A stretch of 64,000 nucleotides of DNA from positions 21,045 through 85,044 of the forward strand of contig JARRMM010000005.1 of the NCBI GenBank assembly GCA_037386005.1. Reading direction: 5' to 3'. The notes beneath the pieces are model-generated. The model was not told the DNA's origin. It searched no databases and saw only the letters and a list, made by a program, of their open reading frames with translations. Origin of the DNA: Deinococcales bacterium (GTDB lineage Bacteria; Deinococcota; Deinococci; Deinococcales; Trueperaceae). This document shows, piece after piece, positions 19,536 to 27,111 of the stretch; positions within the stretch are counted from its first letter, which is position 1, and each line of letters begins with the position of its first letter. Both the position numbers and the translations under genes were made by a program.

Positions 19536-19816
19536 CGCGGTTCCTCCTCCTGATCCGGGGCGCAGCGCGCGGCGACGTCCTGGTACGGTGCGCAACTGGT
19601 GCGGGGCGTCGTGGTGCGGAGCCAGCGGTCTGGGGCAGCGCGCGGTGCGGGTGGCTGCGAGTCTAGCGCGGGCCGCTCCGCCTCGCCGTGGCGAGGTCGG
19701 ACGGTCCGGCATGCTCGCGTCCCCTGGTCGGTCGGACGACGGTACGAGCCCCGTGTGCAGATGCCATGCACGGGCGGCTCATTCCTGTGGGGCGAAGCCA
19801 GCGACGGGCGCCGACC

Positions 19817-21475
19817 TCACACGGCGACGCCGGCCGCCGCCCGGCCGGCGATGCGGCCGCTGAACAGGCACCCTCCGAGGAAGGTGCCCTCCAGGGAGCG
19901 GTAGCCGTGCATCCCGCCGCCTCCGAAGCCGGCGACCTCGCCGGCGGCGAACAGCCCGGGGAACGGATCGCCTCCGAGGCGCAGCACGCGGCCCTGGAGG
20001 TCGGTCTCGAGCCCACCCAGCGTCTTGCGCGTCAGGACCCGCAGACGGGCGGCGACGAGCGGTCCCGCCGCCGGATCGAGCAACCGGTGCGGCCGCGCGA
20101 CCCGGATCAGCCGGTCGCCCAGCGAGCGCCGGGCGTTGCGGATGGCCATGGCCTGGAAGTCCTTGCCGAAGCCGGTCACGAGCTGCTCGTCGCGGGCCTC
20201 CACCTCCGCCCGCACGACGTCCGGGTCGAGTCGGTCCTCGCCGGTCAGGGCGTTCATCGACCGGATCAGCCGGTCCAGCGTGGTGGCCTGGACGAAGTCC
20301 TCGCCGCGTTCGAGGAAGGCTCGGAGCGGCGGTTGCAGGCCGGCCAGGCGCCCCCGCACCAGGCGGTTGAGGCTTCTGCCCGTGAGATCCGGGTTCTGCT
20401 CACTCCCGGAGAGGGCGAACTCGCGCCGCAGGATGCGCCGGTCGAGCACGAACCAGGTGTAGGCGTGTCCGCGGCGCCCGAGGTGCTGGAGCGTGTCGAG
20501 GGTGTTGAAGCCCGGCAGGTACGGGGGCGGGAGGCGGCGACCGTCGGGGTCGAGCCACAGGCTGCTCGGTCCCGGCAGGATGCGGATGCCGTGCCCCGGC
20601 CACAGAGGGTCGTGGTTGCGCACGCCCTCGGTGTAGTGCCACATGCGGTCGGCGTGGATCAGCCGCCCGCCCGCGGCCGCCACGATCTGCTGCAGGCGGC
20701 CGTCGACGTGCGCCGGCACCCCGGTGAGCATCTCGCCCGGCGGGGCCCCCAGCCGCTCGGCGGGCCAGTTCCGGCGCACCAGATCGTGATCGCCGCCGAT
20801 GCCGCCCGACGCCACCACCACGGCGTCGGCGGCCAGCCGGAAGCTGCCCGCCACGGCACGCGAGGTGGGGCGGCCGCGCTCGGTGTCGTCGGGCTCGAGC
20901 ACGTCGCCCACCACCCCGCGGACCGCGCCACCGCTCACCTCCAGCTCGCGCACGCGGTGGCGGAAGCGGAGCTCCAAGCGACCGGCTCGTTCGTGCTCGC
21001 GCACGCGCCTGGCGAACGCCTCGACCAGGGCCGGGCCCGTGCCCCAGGCGATGTGGAAGCGGGGCACGCTGTTGCCGGGGCCGTCCGCACGTCCCATGCC
21101 GCGCTCGGCCCAACCCACGATGGGGAAGAAGCCGATCCCGTGTGCGCGCAGCCAGGCGCGCTTCTCGCCCGCAGCGAATGCCACGTACGCCTCGGCCCAG
21201 CGGCGGGGCCAGCGATCGTCGTCCCGGTCGAAGGCGGCTGTTGCGAGCCAATCGCGCCAGGCCAGCTCGACCGAGTCGCGGATACCCAGCCTGCGCTGCT
21301 GCGGCGTGTCCACCAGGAACAGACCGCCGAACGACCAGAAGGCCTGCCCGCCCAGGTTGGCTTCCGATTCCTGATCGAGCAGCAGTACCCGGCGGCCGGC
21401 GTCGGCCGCCTCGGCGGCGGCCACCAGGCCCGCCAGGCCTGCACCGACGACGATGACGTCCGCGTCTGGCGTCAC
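19817..21475 (-). CDS. FAD-binding dehydrogenase (COG3573-like)
   Basis: N-terminal Rossmann motif DVIVVGAGLAGLVAAAEAADAGRRVLLLDQE and C-terminal ..GLFAAGEVAGFGGGGMHGYRSLEGT.. GTG 21475 overlaps the upstream stop (GTGA). The track ORF extends spuriously to 22405. Confidence 0.85.
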   Translation of the reverse strand: MTPDADVIVVGAGLAGLVAAAEAADAGRRVLLLDQESEANLGGQAFWSFGGLFLVDTPQQRRLGIRDSVELAWRDWLATAAFDRDDDRWPRRWAEAYVAFAAGEKRAWLRAHGIGFFPIVGWAERGMGRADGPGNSVPRFHIAWGTGPALVEAFARRVREHERAGRLELRFRHRVRELEVSGGAVRGVVGDVLEPDDTERGRPTSRAVAGSFRLAADAVVVASGGIGGDHDLVRRNWPAERLGAPPGEMLTGVPAHVDGRLQQIVAAAGGRLIHADRMWHYTEGVRNHDPLWPGHGIRILPGPSSLWLDPDGRRLPPPYLPGFNTLDTLQHLGRRGHAYTWFVLDRRILRREFALSGSEQNPDLTGRSLNRLVRGRLAGLQPPLRAFLERGEDFVQATTLDRLIRSMNALTGEDRLDPDVVRAEVEARDEQLVTGFGKDFQAMAIRNARRSLGDRLIRVARPHRLLDPAAGPLVAARLRVLTRKTLGGLETDLQGRVLRLGGDPFPGLFAAGEVAGFGGGGMHGYRSLEGTFLGGCLFSGRIAGRAAAGVAV

Positions 21476-24400
21476 AGAGCAGCGGCGGACGCGCGCAGCA
21501 TGCCGTTGCGCACACGGGAGAAGGAGGCGATGAGGTCGGGCGAGGAGAGTTCGGACGCCAGAGCGTCCAAGAGGGTGCGCGTCCGTTCCAGGAGGACGCG
21601 GGCGTCGCCGTGGTGTCCGGTGCGCTCGTGAGCGCGTCCGGCCGCGCACCTGGCGCGTGCCTCGTCGAATGGGAAGCCACTCGCCTGCCACAGATCGCCC
21701 GCCCGCTGCCACAGGACCGCCGCCTCGGCGTCGTCGCCCGCCGCGTCGGCCACCGTGGCCCGGGCCGCTGCCGTCGTCGCACTTGCGTCCGCCGAGCCGT
21801 ACTGGCGCTCGGTCTCGTGGAGCACGCGAAGGCACACGTCGATCTGCCGTTCCCTCAGTGGGGACGTCGAGCGCCGTGCGAGCCAGCGCACGGCGGTCAG
21901 GAGGGCGCCGAGCACCTCCTCGGCGTGCGTGCCGCGGGGGCGGGTGAGATCGACGAGCTGGGCCGCGCTGCGGTCGGCCTCGTCGCTGCGGCCGAGGGCG
22001 GCGGCGGCACGCAGCCGGGCGCGCAGGTAGGGAGCCTGGAGCTGCTCCTCGCGCACCCGATCGAGCGCGCGGGACCCGGCGACGAGGAGGTCGTGCGCTG
22101 CGGCGGGCCGGCCCAGGTCGAGCTCCGTACCGGCCAGCTCCAGATCGATCCAGGCGCCCTTCGCATAGGCGTCGCTCCCGGTCGACCCCGGCACGACGGC
22201 ACGCAACCCCTGGAGCTGTCGCCGGGCCCAGCGCCAGCGCCCCCGCCGCCACTCCAAGCGGCCGAGGCTCAGGCGGGCGGAGAGCTCGAAGAGGTGGATC
22301 TGGTGGTCGCGGGCGTAGTCGACGAGCTCCGTCCAGCGCACGACCGCTTCCTGGATCCTGCCCAGCGCTTCGAGGAGGCCGGCCAGGTTGAACGCGGCGC
22401 GACACGCGTCGTGCGGCAGGCCCAGCTCCTGGGCCAGTCGATGACTCCGCTCGAGGTGGAGCAGGCCCTCGTCTCGCGTGGCGGCGCCCGCGCGCGCGAG
22501 CACGGTCCCGACGTTGTTCAGGGCGTGGGCCACCGCGTCCTGGGCTCCCAGGCGCTCCGACAGGGCCAGGGCCCGTTCACCCCAGACGAGGGCCTGGTCG
22601 TGGTCCGAGGCGAGCATGTGGAGCTGCGAGAGGGCGCTCTGGGCCCGGGCGAGCTCCGCCGTCTCCGGCCCGTCTCCGAGCACGGCCAGCGCCTCCTCGG
22701 TGGCGGCCAGGGCCCGGTCGAAGTCGCCTTCCTCGTGGAAGACCCTGCCCAGGGTCAGGAGGACGGCTCCGGCATCGTGGTGCCGACCGGCCGCCTCGAG
22801 GCCCTCCCGGGCCCGCGAGAGCGCACCTTCCGCTTCGCCGAGGTCGCCGCGGAGCCAGCGACACTCGCCCAGGTCACGGTGCAGTGTGGCGAGCGAGCTC
22901 GGGTCGGCATCGGGCGGCCAGGACGCCAGCGCCCGTTGGTAGTGATCGATGGCTTCGTCCAGGGCCGCGGATCGTCGGGCGCGGTCTCCCGCCCGCCGCT
23001 GGTGGATGGCCGCGCGCTCGGGCGCGTTCGCCAGCCTGAAGTGCAGCGCCAGCGCGGCGGGGTCGGCCTCCTCGCCGAGGAGGTCCTCCAGGGCCTGACC
23101 TACGGCCTCGTGCAGGTAGGCGCGCTCGCTCGCAGCGAGTTGGTCGTACAGGTAGCGCTGGATGAGGTCGTGGTGGAAGCGATAGCGCGAGACCAGCCCG
23201 CGGGGCGTTCGGCGGACGTCGATGCCGCCGACGAGCCGATGGTGGCGGTCGAGCACGTCTCCCAGCTCGCGGGCGATGGCGCGGGGCTCGCGTTCCAGCA
23301 CGCGCGCGACCACCTCCGTCGTGAACAGCTCCCCCTCCACGCTCGCCACGCGCAGGACCGACCGGGTGACCGGCTCCAGCCTGTCGATCCGCTCGCCGAG
23401 CACGCCCGTGAGACGTTCCGGTAGCACGTCCCAGCGGAGCGTTGCCGCCTCGGTCCAGCGGCCCGACGCGTCGCGCGCCAGATCACCGCGCTCCTGCAAG
23501 GCCCGGATCAGCTCGATGGTGAACAGGGGTTGCCCCGCCGTCCGGCGGAACAGGGCCGTGCGGAAGCGTTCCCCGAGGCGGTTGGGTTCGCTGTCCAGCC
23601 AGGCGTCCAGGAAGGCGCGGCCATCCGCGCGATCGAGGTCCAGCACGGCGTCGCTGCCGAGGCGCCCGATCTCGTGCACGACCGGTTCCAGCGGGTGTCG
23701 ACGCGGGTCGGCCAGCGACGGGGGGCCGGCAGGTCGATAGGCGCCCAGGACGAGGATGCGGTGCTCGCGCACGTTCCTCGCCAGTTGCAGGAGCAGGTCC
23801 GCGGAGCTCCGGTCCGTCCACTGGAGGTCGTCGAGGATCAGGAGGAGGGGCGTCTCGTCGGCGATGTGGGTCAGCACCCGCTCGAGCTCGGTGAGCAAGG
23901 CACCCTGACCGAGATACCCGTCACGATCCGGGAGCGTGGTGGCGCCGAGGGCCGGGTTCCGGACCCGGGACAGGGCGAGCTCGACCCCCGCGTCGAGCAG
24001 CCGGGCCTGGAGGGCGCGGCTGGCGACCACCGTGTCGAGCAGATGGGGACCGTGCTCGGCGATGGCTCGGCTCGCCCACGGCATCGCCTGCCACAAGCGA
24101 GCGGCACGCGTGGTCTCGAACGCGTCCGCCGTCGTCCTCAGCGGAACGCCGCCCGTGAGTTGCTCCAGGACCTCCCGGAACGGAAGGAAGGGGTCGTCGC
24201 CGCCGATGAAGGCGTTGCAGCTTCCGAGAGCGACCAGCAGGGTGGGCTCACGGAGCTGCGCGCGCTCGGCCGCGGCGCGGAGCAGCGCGGTCTTCCCCTG
24301 GCCGGCCTCGCCGCGCACGAGGACCGTGCGGCCGTGCCCGGATCGCGCCTCTTCGAAGGCTCCCAGCAACCGGTCGAGCTCGGCCTCTCGGCCGACCACC

Positions 24401-24786
24401 GGAGACTCCGACGGACCGGCTGGAGCGCCCTCGCTGCCGACCGAGTCGGTGGACGCGCCGGCTCCGGGAGTTCGCGAGGGGGCCGGGACGACGGTGGCGA
24501 GCCATGGGCGGTCAAGGTCGGGCCGGGGCTGGGCGGGAGGAGCGTCCGCCCAGCCGGTCCGCGCGAACCGTACGAACGCGGCGCGCTCCTCGGAGGGCAC
24601 GCCGACCGCGGTCGCCACGGCCTCGGCCACGCGCTTCGACGGCCGGCGTTCGTCCGCCTCGAGCTTCCGGATGGTGGCCGCCGAACAACCGACCTGCCGA
24701 GCGAGCTCCTTCTGGGTGAGGTCGAGCAGCTTGCGGCTCCGCTGGAGCCAGCGCCCGAACACCGGGTCGATGGGCGATGGGTTCAC
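21472..24786 (-). CDS. XRE-type HTH / P-loop NTPase (AAA_16-like) / TPR regulator, copy A (~1104 aa)
   Basis: HTH ..LDLTQKELARQVGCSAATIRKLEADERRPS.., Walker A GEAGQGKT, Walker B LLLILDDLQWTD, long TPR-like C-terminus. GTG 24786 lies 6 nt after AGGAAGG. Confidence 0.85.
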   Translation of the reverse strand: MNPSPIDPVFGRWLQRSRKLLDLTQKELARQVGCSAATIRKLEADERRPSKRVAEAVATAVGVPSEERAAFVRFARTGWADAPPAQPRPDLDRPWLATVVPAPSRTPGAGASTDSVGSEGAPAGPSESPVVGREAELDRLLGAFEEARSGHGRTVLVRGEAGQGKTALLRAAAERAQLREPTLLVALGSCNAFIGGDDPFLPFREVLEQLTGGVPLRTTADAFETTRAARLWQAMPWASRAIAEHGPHLLDTVVASRALQARLLDAGVELALSRVRNPALGATTLPDRDGYLGQGALLTELERVLTHIADETPLLLILDDLQWTDRSSADLLLQLARNVREHRILVLGAYRPAGPPSLADPRRHPLEPVVHEIGRLGSDAVLDLDRADGRAFLDAWLDSEPNRLGERFRTALFRRTAGQPLFTIELIRALQERGDLARDASGRWTEAATLRWDVLPERLTGVLGERIDRLEPVTRSVLRVASVEGELFTTEVVARVLEREPRAIARELGDVLDRHHRLVGGIDVRRTPRGLVSRYRFHHDLIQRYLYDQLAASERAYLHEAVGQALEDLLGEEADPAALALHFRLANAPERAAIHQRRAGDRARRSAALDEAIDHYQRALASWPPDADPSSLATLHRDLGECRWLRGDLGEAEGALSRAREGLEAAGRHHDAGAVLLTLGRVFHEEGDFDRALAATEEALAVLGDGPETAELARAQSALSQLHMLASDHDQALVWGERALALSERLGAQDAVAHALNNVGTVLARAGAATRDEGLLHLERSHRLAQELGLPHDACRAAFNLAGLLEALGRIQEAVVRWTELVDYARDHQIHLFELSARLSLGRLEWRRGRWRWARRQLQGLRAVVPGSTGSDAYAKGAWIDLELAGTELDLGRPAAAHDLLVAGSRALDRVREEQLQAPYLRARLRAAAALGRSDEADRSAAQLVDLTRPRGTHAEEVLGALLTAVRWLARRSTSPLRERQIDVCLRVLHETERQYGSADASATTAAARATVADAAGDDAEAAVLWQRAGDLWQASGFPFDEARARCAAGRAHERTGHHGDARVLLERTRTLLDALASELSSPDLIASFSRVRNGMLRASAAAL

Positions 24787-24830
24787 GCTACGACCTTCCT
24801 GCGATGCGCGGTTCGGGACGGTAATGCTCG

Positions 24831-24854
24831 CGATTGTAGCACCGCCTGTCACGC
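24831..24854 (-). promoter_or_regulatory. Extended -10 promoter (TGCTACAAT on minus strand) plus conserved block upstream of regulator A
   Basis: CGATTGTAGCACCGCCTGTCACGC is identical 24/24 to 30472-30495 upstream of regulator C. It sits ~45 nt upstream of the start codon. Confidence 0.6.
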
Positions 24855-24899
24855 GTGCCGTAACCGTTGCCGTTGCGGTCTGGCGATGCCGCCGCACAC

Positions 24900-25027
24900 C
24901 GGCCTGACGGGATCCATGGCGTCCGAGGGAGGTCGACGGCTTCGCGGCGCTGCTGGATCCAGCGCCCGAGCAGGGCGACCTCGTCGTGCCAGGTGCGGTC
25001 GCTCACGTTCCCCCGGAGTCGGTGCAT
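24900..25027 (-). pseudogene. 5' remnant of a further XRE-HTH/P-loop/TPR regulator gene (copy A')
   Basis: ORF 24788-25027 begins MHRLRGNVSDRTWHDEVALLGRWIQQRREAVDLPRTPW; compare copy A ..PVFGRWLQRSRKLLDLTQKEL. Similarity stops after ~35 codons. Its own TGCTACCAT box is at 25050-25058. Confidence 0.5.
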
Positions 25028-25269
25028 GCCTGCGTGCGTCTGTGGGGCGATGGTAGCACCGCATGCCGACCCTCCCGTCTTCCGTACCGTGACGGCGTGC
25101 GGGAGACGGCGATTCGCTGCCGGGCCGTATCGGCGTCGGCACGCTACCCGTCCCGCCGGCGGTCACGCCGTCGGTCACGCCCTCGGTCGCCATCGTCGTG
25201 ACCACGGCTGCCGCCCTCTGCGCTGCAATGGCGCCACGTACCGGACGGGGGCCGGACGGGGAGGTCGCC

Positions 25270-25491
25270 ATGATGAGTCTCATCTATGTGGAGACGATCG
25301 CGAAGGAGCGGTACTGGGAGATGGTGCGGCAGGCAGCCCGTCAGCGGGCGGCGCTCGCCCCCGTGCTGAGGCAGCGGCGCAAGGAGGCGCGGGCTCGCCT
25401 TGTCGCTCGGATCCGGCGCTTGCGCCGACGCTGGCGCCCGACCGCTGCCGAGCCACGCTCGCGAGCGGAACCGGCGTCCGATGGCCTGTGA
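25270..25491 (+). CDS. Small Arg-rich protein, paralog A (73 aa)
   Basis: MMSLIYVETIAKERYWEMVRQAARQRAALAPVLRQRRKEARARLVARIRRLRRRW..; SD GGGGAGG 5 nt upstream. Shares the core with 26781-27026 and 30589-30855. Confidence 0.6.
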   Translation: MMSLIYVETIAKERYWEMVRQAARQRAALAPVLRQRRKEARARLVARIRRLRRRWRPTAAEPRSRAEPASDGL

Positions 25492-25552
25492 CCGTCGCGT
25501 CCACTGCACATGGTGACGGGAGGGTTCGAGGGGGGCGTGGGCCGCGAAGCGT

Positions 25553-26622
25553 TCACGGCACGAACTGCGTGCCCTCGACCATGGACCGCACGGTGCGCGC
25601 GAACGTCGCTCGCAGCTCGCCCTCGGGAAGCTGCGCGGCGAGGCCGTCGAGCAGACGCTCGGCGCGCGCCGTGGCGCCCCTGGCCTCGCCGCCTCGTCCT
25701 GCGTCGAGCGCAGCTCCCGCGAGGACGCCGAGGGCACGCGCCTCGTCGAACGGGAAGCCGGTCGCCCACCAGCGCTCGGCGGCCTGCGTCAGGAGGTCCG
25801 GAGGTCCGCAGCATCGTCGGATCGCCCATCGGCGAGCCGGAGCACGCCGACCGCCTCGCGCAGCGACGCCCGTGTCTCGGGAGAGCCGACCTGTCGGTCG
25901 AAGCGTCGGAGGGCGTCCAGACGCACCCGCGCCAGCTTCCCGGAACCGGTCGGGGACCGGTGCGCGAGCCAGCGCACCGCGCTCAGGGCGGGGGCCACGA
26001 TCGCCATCGGTTGGGTCCCGTGGGGCGCGACGGCCTCCGCGATGGCGGCGGCGTCGTCACGTCGTCCCAGGGTCTCGAGCGCGGTGCCACGGATGACGCC
26101 GGCCTGCGAGGCTTCGTAGTGCAGGCCGAGCGCATCGGCTGTGCGGTAGGCCTCCGTCAGGAGCGACAGGCCCTCCGGCGGGCGGTGGGGTCCGGTCACG
26201 ACCAGCTTGGCCGCGATGGCGATCTGGCTGAGGAGGAGGAGAGCCGCCCCCGCCGCCTGCTTGTCGCTCACGCTTCCGAGCGTGTCGGCCGCCTGCTGGG
26301 GGGGTAGCCCTTCCTCTTCGTCGTTGCCGGACAACCACAGGCACTCGCCCAGCTCCAGCAGAAGCGCGTCCGACGTTGCCGGATCCGTGCCCCCGGCATC
26401 GCCGCTTCTGGGCCCGGCTCGTCGGGCTGCGCCGGTCCAGCGCGCCGCCGCCTCGTCGTGGCGTGCGGCCGGGCTCACGACCGATCCGGCACGGAGCCGC
26501 TCGAGCTCGCCGCCTCGGGGTGGCGTGGGGACCGGCGTCCAGGAGCGTAGTTGGGCTGTCGCCGCAGGTGAGGGAGGGGTGGCTCGTGGGGCGCCGTCGG
26601 GGGCCTCCCGTGCGGCTCCCAC
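25553..26622 (-). pseudogene. 3' remnant of an XRE-HTH/P-loop/TPR regulator (copy B): TPR half only, frameshifted
   Basis: ..DALLLELGECLWLSGN.. aligns to ..LATLHRDLGECRWLRGD.. of copy A (~aa 690). No HTH or ATPase part. ORF stops at 25789; after removing one 8-nt repeat copy it continues ..DDAADLLTQAAERWWATGFPFDEARA.. to TGA at 25553. Confidence 0.7.
25792..25808. repeat. 8-bp tandem duplication (GAGGTCCG x2) causing the frameshift in remnant B
   Basis: GAGGTCCG at 25793-25800 and 25801-25808. In-silico removal of one copy restores the frame and the family-conserved W-x-x-G-(F/Y)-P-(F/M)-(D/H)-EARA motif. Confidence 0.8.
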
Positions 26623-26780
26623 AACACCGCTGTCCGCCGCTGTCCCCCCGCTGTGTCGCTCCCTGGGTCGCCACGGGGGTCGGTCGCCGTGCCGCCGAGC
26701 GTGCCGGTCTCCGTGACCCGAGGCTCCTTCGTTCGCGTTGGAATGCCGTCATCGCAAGGAGAGAGCGAAGGAGGCCGAGG

Positions 26781-27026
26781 ATGACGGATCCGTGGATGGC
26801 CAGGAAGCAGGCGAAGGAACACCACCAGGACCTCGTGCGGCAGGCGGGCCGCGAGCGCCGGTTGGAGTCGGCCGCCGCCAAGGCAGTCGAGCGCGGCTTC
26901 TGGGCTCGCCTCTTCGGGCTGCGCCGCAGCGTCGGCGCAGCAGACCGCAGCACGCGATCGACCCCCCAAGCTACTTCGGTGCGCTCGTCGCCTGCCCGCC
27001 TCGACGTGGCGGAGCACGACCTCTAG
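26781..27026 (+). CDS. Small Arg-rich protein, paralog B (81 aa)
   Basis: MTDPWMARKQAKEHHQDLVRQAGRERRLESAAAKAVERGFWARLFGLRRS..; SD AAGGAGG upstream; conserved leader. Confidence 0.55.
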   Translation: MTDPWMARKQAKEHHQDLVRQAGRERRLESAAAKAVERGFWARLFGLRRSVGAADRSTRSTPQATSVRSSPARLDVAEHDL

Positions 27027-27111
27027 CACGCGACATCTAGCACAGGACGACACGTCGGCCACGCACGGGGCGCTCACCGGGGCGCGAGACCGGCCTGCCG
27101 CTCAGCGGCGG

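Noticed and set aside
27022-27050. Direct repeat TCTAGCAC(G/A).. x2 at the end of small ORF B. It resembles the TGCTAGA -10-like boxes on the minus strand and could be an antisense promoter.
   Set aside because: The match is short (8 nt) and overlaps a stop codon. No downstream minus-strand gene needs it other than the decayed remnant B. It cannot be distinguished from chance or duplication debris.
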